Positions 38,354-46,438 of a DNA stretch of 64,000 nucleotides are shown piece by piece. The DNA is taken from positions 1-64,000 of the forward strand of contig JBFMAD010000005.1 in NCBI GenBank assembly GCA_040755855.1. Direction: 5' to 3'. The stretch comes from Planctomycetota bacterium. Lineage in GTDB: Bacteria > Planctomycetota > Brocadiia > JAADGH01. The notes beneath the pieces are model-generated. The model was not told where the DNA came from and did no database searches. It saw only the letters and a list, made by a program, of their open reading frames with translations. The translations under genes were made by a program, and so were the position numbers. How positions within the stretch are numbered: the stretch's first letter is position 1; every line of letters begins with the position of its first letter.

Positions 38354-39706
38354 ATGGCCAAGACGAGAACCATATTCGTTTGCCAGGAGTGCGGCGCCCA
38401 GGCCCCCAAGTGGATCGGGCGGTGTCCCGAATGTGGCAAGTGGGACAGCATGGTGGAGGAACGACAGGGGCCGCCCCAGGCACCGCGCCGCGCCTCCCTC
38501 ACGAGCACGGCCCCTCAGCCCATCTCGGCGGTCGAGTCTGTTGCGGAGCCGAGGATATGTTCCTCCATTGAGGAATTTGATCGGATTCTGGGCGGCGGCG
38601 CCGTCATCGGCACGACGGTCCTCATCGGCGGCGACCCGGGCATCGGCAAGTCCACCCTCCTGCTTCAGGTCTGCGAGATGGCCGCCCGCAACGGCCACAC
38701 GGCGCTCTATGTCTCCGGCGAGGAATCCGTCAAGCAGACCAAACTCCGCGCCCAGCGGCTGGGCGTCTCCTCCGACTCCCTCCTCGTCGTTGCTGAGACG
38801 AACCTCGACGAAATCCTGGGACATATCGAGCGGTGCTCACCCGACCTCGTCATCATTGACTCCATCCAGATGATCTACAAGCAGGACCTTCATTCGGCGC
38901 CGGGCAGCGTCTCCCAGGTCCGCGAGTGCGGGGCCGAGATGGTCTATCTCGCCAAGCGGACGGGCATCCCCATCTTCCTCATCGGCCACGTGACCAAGGA
39001 TGGGGCCATCGCAGGGCCGCGCGTCCTGGAGCACATGGTGGACGCCGTGCTCTACTTCGAAGGCGACAAATTCCACGCCTTCCGCATGTTGCGGGCGGTC
39101 AAGAACCGCTTCGGCTCCACCAACGAGATCGGCATCTTCGAGATGCGCGACACCGGCCTCCAGCCGGTGGCGAACCCGTCGGAGATTTTCCTGTCGAAGC
39201 GCTCCCGGCAGAAATCGGGTTCCGTGGTCGTGCCCTGCATCGAGGGGACGCGCGCCTTCCTCATCGAGATCCAGGCCCTCGTGGCCACGGCCAACTTCGG
39301 CACGCCCGAGCGGCGGGTGAGCGGCGCAGACCGCAACCGCGTGAGCATGCTCATCGCCGTCCTTGAAAAACGGGCGGGCCTCCAACTAGGCGGCTGCGAC
39401 ACCTTTGTCAACGTCGTCGGCGGCGTGCACATTGACGAACCCGCTGCGGACCTCGGCATCGCCCTCGCCCTGGCGTCCAACTTCCAGGAGCGCCTTCTGC
39501 CGCACGATGTGTTTGTCGTCGGCGAGGTGGGGCTTGCCGGGGAAGTGCGGCCCGTGGGCCACATTGACATGCGCATCCGTGAGGGGCGCAAGCTCGGCTT
39601 TCGCTTCGCCCTCGTCCCGGTTGACAACGCCCCAGGCATCAAGGGGGACGGTCTGGAGATCGTCCCCGTGGAGACGATCGAGGCCGCGCTCGACCAGTTT
39701 GAATGA
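38354..39706 (+). CDS. radA: DNA repair protein RadA/Sms
   Basis: C4 zinc finger, GGDPGIGKST, VSGEES, KNRFG and Lon-like C-terminus. Confidence 0.98.
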   Translation: MAKTRTIFVCQECGAQAPKWIGRCPECGKWDSMVEERQGPPQAPRRASLTSTAPQPISAVESVAEPRICSSIEEFDRILGGGAVIGTTVLIGGDPGIGKSTLLLQVCEMAARNGHTALYVSGEESVKQTKLRAQRLGVSSDSLLVVAETNLDEILGHIERCSPDLVIIDSIQMIYKQDLHSAPGSVSQVRECGAEMVYLAKRTGIPIFLIGHVTKDGAIAGPRVLEHMVDAVLYFEGDKFHAFRMLRAVKNRFGSTNEIGIFEMRDTGLQPVANPSEIFLSKRSRQKSGSVVVPCIEGTRAFLIEIQALVATANFGTPERRVSGADRNRVSMLIAVLEKRAGLQLGGCDTFVNVVGGVHIDEPAADLGIALALASNFQERLLPHDVFVVGEVGLAGEVRPVGHIDMRIREGRKLGFRFALVPVDNAPGIKGDGLEIVPVETIEAALDQFE

Positions 39707-40833
39707 AAATTCTCGTTGACGCACACACCTTCTCCGTCGATCACCCCACCGGGGTCAGCCTCTACATCCGCAACCTCCTGCTCGCCCTGAGCCGGATTGA
39801 CGGGAAGAACGAATACACGATCCTGTTCAATGCCTTTCGCCGGGGCTATTCCGAGAGAATCCGGGCCGCCTTCGCGGGACTCGGTGGGAACTTCCAGATG
39901 GAATTCAGCCGTTTCCCCAGCACGATGAACCGCCGCCTTCGCGACTGGCTCTGGTACGACCTGTATCTGCCCCATCAAGTTTGCCGATGCAGGCCGGACG
40001 TGCTCTTCTGCCCCGACTTCATCGCCCCGACGCGGGTCGCCGTTCCCGTCGTCGTCACCGTCCACGACCTTTGCCCGATTCTATATCCCGAGTTCTCGGA
40101 ACGCGCTGTCTGGTACGCGCCTCGCCGACAGATTGGGACATCCATCGCAAAAGCGAAATTTGCGATGGCGGACTCCGAGTGCGTCCGGCGCGACATCATC
40201 CGACTCTTCGGCGCGGCCCGGGAAAAGATCGTGACGGTTCACCTCGCCGCCGATCCGCGTTTTCAGCAGCCCCCCGTTCTCGAAGCACGAGAGGGCATAG
40301 CGCGGAAGTACGGTATCCAGAGGCCCTTCGCCCTCTGCGTCGGAAGTCCGAATCCTCGGAAAAACATCCGCCGCCTCGTGGCCGCCTTTGGCCTGGCTCG
40401 GCGGGAAGGCGGTGTGGAGCACGAACTGGTGATCGCGGGGCCGTACACGGAGTCGGCATGCAACCGACAGGAAGGCGTCAGGGCAATCGGCTATGTGCCG
40501 GACGACGATCTCGCGGCGCTTTACCATGCGGCGGACTTCTTCCTGTTCCTGTCCCGCTACGAAGGCTTCGGCATCCCCCTCGTTGAAGCGATGTCATGCG
40601 GAGCACCCGTCATCACATCCGACCGCGGGACGATGAAAGAAATCGCCGGCGACGCGGCGCTGCTCGTTGACCCCTGCGCCGTCCGCGCGATCGCGGATGG
40701 GATCATTCGGCTTGCGAACGACGCGCCTCTCCGCGAGAATCTTGAAACCAAGGGACTGAAACAAGCGAAGCTGTTTTCCTGGGACACGGCAGCAGCCGAG
40801 ACGCTGGCGGTGTTCGAGAAGGCGGCTCGGTGA
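39703..40833 (+). CDS. Glycosyltransferase family 4 (MtfB-like)
   Basis: VTVHDL, PRKNI and EGFGIPLVEAMSCG motifs. Confidence 0.92.
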   Translation: MKILVDAHTFSVDHPTGVSLYIRNLLLALSRIDGKNEYTILFNAFRRGYSERIRAAFAGLGGNFQMEFSRFPSTMNRRLRDWLWYDLYLPHQVCRCRPDVLFCPDFIAPTRVAVPVVVTVHDLCPILYPEFSERAVWYAPRRQIGTSIAKAKFAMADSECVRRDIIRLFGAAREKIVTVHLAADPRFQQPPVLEAREGIARKYGIQRPFALCVGSPNPRKNIRRLVAAFGLARREGGVEHELVIAGPYTESACNRQEGVRAIGYVPDDDLAALYHAADFFLFLSRYEGFGIPLVEAMSCGAPVITSDRGTMKEIAGDAALLVDPCAVRAIADGIIRLANDAPLRENLETKGLKQAKLFSWDTAAAETLAVFEKAAR

Positions 40834-40855
40834 ACAAACTCAGCCCTGTGGGGGG

Positions 40856-41356
40856 TTACTCATATTTTCCGCCGTGCTCTTTGAGGAACTGGGCGATCTT
40901 CTTTTTCTGCTCGGGCGAGAGGTGAGCAAGGGCGGCCAACTCATCGAGATGGCGCGCCCAGAGGTTCTCCGCCCATTGCTGATGCTCGGCCTGCCACCGC
41001 AACATATCCTCAGCCATGACCTCCTCGATGAGCAGTTTTAGTTCAGCTCGTGCGCGATCGTTCATACCTTGCGGCGCGAGGGCCTCGATCTTGGAGACGT
41101 GATCCCGCGTCGAATCAATGTCTCGCTGGATTTCATCCATCTGGGGGGCCAGCTCCGAGTAGGACTTCAGCACATCCTGAACGGCGGAGGAGAGCGTTGC
41201 CACCTTGTCGAGTTCCTTCCTGAGTTCCGCGTTTTCCTTTTGCAGGCGGGCCATCTCGGCCTCCAGCCCCGCCGTGCGGCGAGAGCAACCGGACAGGGCT
41301 GACAGGCAGACGATCCCTGCGACAAGATGATGGGTAGCAAACGATGCGCGTATCAT
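40856..41356 (-). CDS. Putative coiled-coil lipoprotein
   Basis: Lipobox ALSGC followed by a heptad-rich helix. Confidence 0.6.
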   Translation of the reverse strand: MIRASFATHHLVAGIVCLSALSGCSRRTAGLEAEMARLQKENAELRKELDKVATLSSAVQDVLKSYSELAPQMDEIQRDIDSTRDHVSKIEALAPQGMNDRARAELKLLIEEVMAEDMLRWQAEHQQWAENLWARHLDELAALAHLSPEQKKKIAQFLKEHGGKYE

Positions 41357-41386
41357 AGTCGTTTGGCCGAAAACAAGTGGATCCGC

Positions 41387-41770
41387 TTACGAGGGGGATT
41401 GCGACGGATCGCACGGCCCGTCGTCGGTTGCGCCTTTCCTGTTCATCTCCTCGCGGGCGGCCTGGCGGGCCCGTTCGGCGGCGGATTCGGCGGCGGCCGC
41501 CGCCTCGCGGCGCATGGCCGCGGCGGCGTTTCGGGCGCGGGCAAGACTGGACTGCATGGCATGCTGCCTCTGCCGTGCGACATAGATCTGCATATTCAGC
41601 CCCATCGTCGCCAGGCCGACGGGGCCGCCCTTGACATTGTTCGCCAGCGATGCGCTCTGCGTGTTTACCGTCGCTCGGCCTCGGAACTTGCAGCCGGAGA
41701 GGACGCAGGGAAACGCAATGAGCAGCATGATAACAATGCGGGACAACGTCTGTGACGGGCATCTTGGCAT
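41387..41770 (-). CDS. Putative small lipoprotein
   Basis: ATG 41770 with RBS AGGGAG, lipobox VLSGC and Ala/Arg-rich helix. Confidence 0.6.
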   Translation of the reverse strand: MPRCPSQTLSRIVIMLLIAFPCVLSGCKFRGRATVNTQSASLANNVKGGPVGLATMGLNMQIYVARQRQHAMQSSLARARNAAAAMRREAAAAAESAAERARQAAREEMNRKGATDDGPCDPSQSPS

Positions 41771-41816
41771 GGCAAACTCCCTTAGAGAAGCTCCCAGGTG
41801 ATGCATACTTTGATAT

Positions 41817-41845
41817 ATTTTACACAAAGGGGGGCGACGTGTCAA
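41817..41845 (-). promoter_or_regulatory. sigma70 promoter for the lipoprotein pair
   Basis: TTGACA-17-TAAAAT with extended TG on the minus strand. Confidence 0.7.
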
Positions 41846-41874
41846 AGGGCTTTTGGGACAAATCTGAAAAAAGG

Positions 41875-41903
41875 TTGCCAGGATGGGTCCGGATTGGTAT
41901 GTT
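41875..41903 (+). promoter_or_regulatory. Possible sigma70 promoter for the CFI-box-CTERM gene
   Basis: TTGCCA-17-TATGTT with extended TG. Confidence 0.5.
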
Positions 41904-41958
41904 GTATCTATTACCCATCGTGATAGCTGTCGCTCTCCAGATAAAATAGGAAGGTCGC

Positions 41959-42456
41959 ATGGCAAGGTCCACGAAACTCACCTACAAGTGCAAGGCATGT
42001 GGCGCAGAGTATGACGACGAGCAACGTCGTAGCTACGTTGAAGGATTGCTCAAGACGTTAGGTCCGGCGGCCGAAAGCCACCTCGTGAAGGGCCATACCA
42101 AGTGCATCAAGTGTGGCGCCGAGGATGTGGAGGCCACGAAGGTTGAACTCGAACAGTCGCGTTGCTTGATCGCGACGGCGGCCTACGGATCGCCGTTCCA
42201 TCCATCGGTCTGCGCCCTGCGGCGTTGGAGAGATCATACGCTCCGTCGCACCGCGGCCGGCCGCCTGTTCGTGAAGGCGTACTACGCCGCCAGTCCCCTA
42301 TTCGTCCCGATTATCCGCCGAAACCCGTGGGCACGAAGGAAAATCCGGGGGGCGCTGGACCGGCTCGTCGCGGCCGTCACCGAGGATCGCAAACCGCAAG
42401 CCCCCGACCGCACCGTTCGCCGGCTGGGGAGCGAGGTGATGGGTAATAAGCGGTAG
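41959..42456 (+). CDS. Zinc-ribbon protein with CFI-box-CTERM domain
   Basis: CKACG...CIKCG, then CLIATAAYGS..HPSV..LR.WRD..L.....GR.FVK.YY..SP. Confidence 0.8.
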   Translation: MARSTKLTYKCKACGAEYDDEQRRSYVEGLLKTLGPAAESHLVKGHTKCIKCGAEDVEATKVELEQSRCLIATAAYGSPFHPSVCALRRWRDHTLRRTAAGRLFVKAYYAASPLFVPIIRRNPWARRKIRGALDRLVAAVTEDRKPQAPDRTVRRLGSEVMGNKR

Positions 42457-42511
42457 GTGATAAATCTCACCCCACCTAAAACCCTTGTCAAACAATGGCT
42501 TGGGATGATTC

Positions 42512-42606
42512 TGGCGGAGAGGCGGGGATTCGAACCCCGGGAGGGGAATAATACTCCCCTCAACAGGTTAGCAACCTGTCGCCTTCAGCCACTCAGCCAC
42601 CTCTCC
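42512..42606 (-). tRNA. tRNA-Ser (anticodon GCT)
   Basis: GGAGAGG acceptor stem, anticodon arm ACAGG-TTGCTAA-CCTGT, long variable arm, GGTTCGAATCC T-loop and encoded GCCA end. Confidence 0.98.
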
Positions 42607-42657
42607 GCTCGCGTCGCATGGGCCGGACAGGACTTTGCCCATCCCTTACCTTTAATA

Positions 42658-42686
42658 AATATACGGCTTTTTATGGATTTTGTCAA
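42658..42686 (-). promoter_or_regulatory. sigma70 promoter for tRNA-Ser
   Basis: TTGACA-17-TATATT on the minus strand. Confidence 0.7.
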
Positions 42687-42846
42687 CGTAAATATGCGGC
42701 AATCCGTTTTTGCTCTTGTGGGAAGGCTGGTATTTCCACGACGGGAACACGATTGTTTGATTTTCCGAATTTCCCCGCACGTCGCCGCGTAGAGAAGGCA
42801 GAGAGTAATCCTGCGAAAAAAACATGACCGAAGGGGAGAAATAACG

Positions 42847-42876
42847 TTGACACAGCCGCCGGGCCTGCTGTAGCAT
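42847..42876 (+). promoter_or_regulatory. Possible sigma70 promoter
   Basis: TTGACA-18-TAGCAT. Confidence 0.5.
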
Positions 42877-42943
42877 AAGATACTTTTTCAGGACATGCCT
42901 CGACAGCGCGAATACATGGGTCTTTAAGGAAGGGAGATGCGGA

Positions 42944-44839
42944 ATGATGAGAAGGATAGGAATTACGGCCTTGGTTGGCGCACTGTTGTTGGGGTTCCTG
43001 GGTCAGCCGACCATGCTCAACGCTCAGCAGAGCCAGTTGCCGCAGGACTGCGTAGTTGTCATACATACGCCAAGTCTTCAGGGCGCGGTGAACAAGGCAT
43101 CCAACCTGGTTTCCCAGATCAGTCCGATGTTCGGGCAGATGGTGCCGATGCTGATCCCCAAGGTGGTCGGCGCCCAATCGCTGGCCGGGATTGATATGAA
43201 CGGCGAGTTCAACGTCGTAGTGCTGAACCCGAAGCAGTACGCGGGGAAGAACGTTGTTCGGATAGTTTCTCTCGCCGATGCAACGGCGGCCCTCCAGAGC
43301 TTCGGCCTGGGGGCGCGCGCCGAAGGTAAACAGGGCGTGGCCAATGTGTTCGCTCAGCTCGATCAGGCGCGTTGGCTTGCCGCGACGCCGGAACAGAAGC
43401 AGAACATCGAGCAGTTCATCCAGAAGAGATTCTACGTCGCCATCGTAGGCAACAAAGCCATCGCCGCCGATTCCATGGAGGCATGCGGCGCCGTGGCAGC
43501 GATGCTGGAGGCGGAGACGCTGAACTGCGCGGCCGCCTGCGGCGTGAAGGGCGACCTTTGCGCGAATGTCAACATCAAGGGGTTGATGCAGATCTACGGC
43601 GAAAACATAGATAATGAACTTGCCCCCCTTAAGCGCGGCCTTCGCCAGGCCGCCCAGGCCGCCCAGGCCCAACAGCCGGATATGAATCCGGAGGCCATGA
43701 GCAACGTGCTCGATGCGTATGTGAATGCGATTCTTGATATCGTGAAGCAGCTCGATGCACTCGAACTGGCCCTGGCCCTCGACAACGACGGCCTTCGTGT
43801 TCGGGCCGCCCTGGTGGCCAGGCCGGAGAGCGGCGTCGCCAACTTTATCCAGCAGCAGGTCCCCGGCGGCATAGACGTTCTGAAGGTCCTCCCCAGCGAT
43901 TCATTTCTCGCCATATCGGGCCACTTGAAGAGCACCCCGGAACTGGAGGACGGTCTGCGCAATTTTGTGGGCAAGATCCTCGACTGCGCCCCCGGCGCCT
44001 TCACCCCAGAGCAGCGCACCGCGGCCCTTGCGAGCATAGACGAGTGGACGGACATCATTACCGGCGAGATCGGCATCGGCGTGATCCTGGCCGGAAACGC
44101 GGAAAAAACAGGCATCACGCTCGTGGAAGTCTTCTCCGTCACCGACCCGGCCGCCGCCCACAAGCTGATGCTCAAACAATTCGATCAGTCCGCCATGTTT
44201 ATGAGTTTCTATCGCAATCTCGCGGGTCTGGACATGGAGTTGGCCGTCACGGAGAACGCCGCCACCCACGAGGGCGTGACGATCACCGAGGTAGCGATCC
44301 TCTTCGATCCCGCCAAGGTGCCGCAGCAAACCCGAGAGATGATGCAGAAGATCTACGGCGATCCGATGATCGTGCGCGTCGCCGCCGCGGGCAAGTACAT
44401 GATCGTCACCTTCGGCCAGGACTCGCTGGCGCGCATGAAGCAGACCATCGAGTTCGCCAAGGCCGCCGGCGATAGCGGTCTGGCGACGCAGCCGGAGTTC
44501 GTCTCGGCCACGAAGGGCTTCCCGCCCTCGACGAACCTGCTGGTCTTCGTGAACCCGAAGGAGGTCATGAACTTCGTGAAGGGCATGATGCCCCCCATGG
44601 GGGCCCCGCCGCCCGGCGCCCAGGGCGAGCAGCCGCCGCCCGAACCCGAGCTGAAGGGCGGAATTGGGGCCTATGCCGTGACGAAGGGAAATCGAATGGA
44701 AGGCGAGTTCTACATCTCGCAGGAATTCATTGACAGCCTGAAGGTCCTCGTCATGAACCAAATGGGCGGCGGCATGCCGATGCAGCCCGGCGCTCCCGGC
44801 GCCCCGGCCCGCCGACCCGCGCCTCCCCCGCCGAGGTGA
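42944..44839 (+). CDS. Exported protein, distant DUF3352-like scaffold with Pro-rich tail
   Basis: Signal peptide, LP.D.VVV start, VLPSDSFLA repeat start, HEGVTITEV and GLATQPEF..A motifs echoing the 22-28 kb paralogs. Confidence 0.6.
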   Translation: MMRRIGITALVGALLLGFLGQPTMLNAQQSQLPQDCVVVIHTPSLQGAVNKASNLVSQISPMFGQMVPMLIPKVVGAQSLAGIDMNGEFNVVVLNPKQYAGKNVVRIVSLADATAALQSFGLGARAEGKQGVANVFAQLDQARWLAATPEQKQNIEQFIQKRFYVAIVGNKAIAADSMEACGAVAAMLEAETLNCAAACGVKGDLCANVNIKGLMQIYGENIDNELAPLKRGLRQAAQAAQAQQPDMNPEAMSNVLDAYVNAILDIVKQLDALELALALDNDGLRVRAALVARPESGVANFIQQQVPGGIDVLKVLPSDSFLAISGHLKSTPELEDGLRNFVGKILDCAPGAFTPEQRTAALASIDEWTDIITGEIGIGVILAGNAEKTGITLVEVFSVTDPAAAHKLMLKQFDQSAMFMSFYRNLAGLDMELAVTENAATHEGVTITEVAILFDPAKVPQQTREMMQKIYGDPMIVRVAAAGKYMIVTFGQDSLARMKQTIEFAKAAGDSGLATQPEFVSATKGFPPSTNLLVFVNPKEVMNFVKGMMPPMGAPPPGAQGEQPPPEPELKGGIGAYAVTKGNRMEGEFYISQEFIDSLKVLVMNQMGGGMPMQPGAPGAPARRPAPPPPR

Positions 44840-44869
44840 TTTCAGATCGGATCGGACGCCGAATCATGT

Positions 44870-44911
44870 GCAAACGAGCCGACCCAAAGTGGGTCGGCTC
44901 GTTTGCTTTTT
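44870..44911 (+). terminator. Rho-independent terminator
   Basis: 17-bp perfect stem GCAAACGAGCCGACCCA-AAG-TGGGTCGGCTCGTTTGC followed by a T-run. Confidence 0.88.
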
Positions 44912-44964
44912 CCGCTCGCGCGGGGTATAATAATTAGAAGCGAAGAAAGATTGGGAAATAGACC

Positions 44965-46431
44965 GTGCCAATAGACCATCGAAATACTGTGCGCGTCATT
45001 TTCTTTGCATTCATTCTATCGGTCAGGATGGCCGCCGCCGATCCCGCCTCCGATGTCGCTCCGGCGAAGCGCCACAGCCTCTGCTTCGAGGCGGAGTACG
45101 CCAATGAGGTCACGCCCATCGTTCATGTCGTTCGGGCGAAGGGCGCGTCGGGGGAGATGGCCATCAGTGTGCCCGAAGGGGCCGGTTGTCGGCGCGGCGT
45201 GCACGATCCCGGCCACGCCGTCTATCATCTGACCATCCCGGCAGACGGCCTCTACTATACATGGTTTCGCGTGTGGTGGCAGGGGACATGCAGCAACTCG
45301 CTCTTCTGCAGCCTGCAGCCGGCGCTGCCGCGCTTCTCGGTGATGGGGAATGTGTTCAAGAAATGGCACTGGATTCACGGACCCATGGCCCAGATGAAGG
45401 CCGGGGCTGCCGTCATGGAAATCAGCTACCGCGAGGACGGCATCTGGGTGGATCAGGTCCTCCTCACCACACAACCATGCGCCGATCCCGAGGGCATCGT
45501 GGAGGCCAATACCATTCCCACACCGCCGGCCGATCAGGGCGAGATGGCCGTATCCCTCTCATCCCGGGCGATGGGCTGTGAATCACTGCCTGCCCCGAGA
45601 CTGCGCGTCACGTCCCATGTGGACCACACGGCCTCGATCCCGTCCGAGGAATCCGTTGTGCTGATCCCCGGCCAATATACCCATCTCACCGTCTGGCTGC
45701 GCAACAACCTCCTCGCGCCGGCGGCGGGTTCGGCGGCGTTTCTTGCCAAGGCAAAGATGGCGATCGAGCCGGCGGCGTCCGTCGAATACCGAATGGGGAA
45801 GGGAGAGCCGCTGGCGGCGGCGGACTTTCGGCTGCTTCCTTCCGCGGATATTCCGCGCCGGTCGCATCGGGCGGTCGTCCGGGTTGTCCTCCCGTCGGGG
45901 AAGGTGAAGGCCCGACGTCTGAATCTCCTGTGCCCTTTTAAGTGGCTGTGCTCGGAGGCGTATCCCCTCCGTCCGGAGAACGGTCTCGACGCCCCCCATC
46001 CGATCGAGCAGGCCGCCGACCCCCTCGCTGCGGGGAAATGGCGCGCCGTTGCGGATGACTGCATCACGCCTATCGGCCTGCTGGACATGCGCAAGGCCGT
46101 GAGCAAGGACGACTATGTGTTCGCATACGCCTATACGGAAGTCCGCCCCCCACAACCGGGCCGATATCTGCTCCACACCGGCAATGACGACATGATAAAG
46201 GTGTGGGTGAACGGAACGATGGTCCACCGCGAGGATTCCGAGCAGCCGACCTCCGCCACGCGGGCCTTGACGGCGGTCAACTTAGTGGAGGGGCGGAACC
46301 GCATCCTGGTCAAGTTGTGTCAGAAGAGGAACTTCTGGGAATTTTTCCTCGAAATCCGCAATGCAGACGGTAGCCCGAGCGAGGTGGAGGGATATGACAT
46401 CCAGTCGCCAAGTCCGGCAGCGCCGAAGTAG
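44965..46431 (+). CDS. Exported protein with CBM-like N-terminal and PA14-like C-terminal domains
   Basis: FEAEYA...YREDG.WVDQ.LLT (galactose-binding-like) and AYAY...GNDD.IKVWVNG...G.N.ILVK motifs. Confidence 0.65.
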   Translation: MPIDHRNTVRVIFFAFILSVRMAAADPASDVAPAKRHSLCFEAEYANEVTPIVHVVRAKGASGEMAISVPEGAGCRRGVHDPGHAVYHLTIPADGLYYTWFRVWWQGTCSNSLFCSLQPALPRFSVMGNVFKKWHWIHGPMAQMKAGAAVMEISYREDGIWVDQVLLTTQPCADPEGIVEANTIPTPPADQGEMAVSLSSRAMGCESLPAPRLRVTSHVDHTASIPSEESVVLIPGQYTHLTVWLRNNLLAPAAGSAAFLAKAKMAIEPAASVEYRMGKGEPLAAADFRLLPSADIPRRSHRAVVRVVLPSGKVKARRLNLLCPFKWLCSEAYPLRPENGLDAPHPIEQAADPLAAGKWRAVADDCITPIGLLDMRKAVSKDDYVFAYAYTEVRPPQPGRYLLHTGNDDMIKVWVNGTMVHREDSEQPTSATRALTAVNLVEGRNRILVKLCQKRNFWEFFLEIRNADGSPSEVEGYDIQSPSPAAPK

Positions 46432-46438
46432 TCGAACC

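Noticed and set aside
41839..41949. 36-aa hydrophobic sORF (MSKGFWDK...IVIAVALQIK)
   Set aside because: Its start coincides with the -35 of a near-consensus minus-strand promoter, and its body contains the likely plus-strand promoter. Probably non-coding, though not excluded.
40856..42606. Prophage or integrative element at tRNA-Ser
   Set aside because: No integrase, phage genes or duplicated tRNA 3' end within the window.
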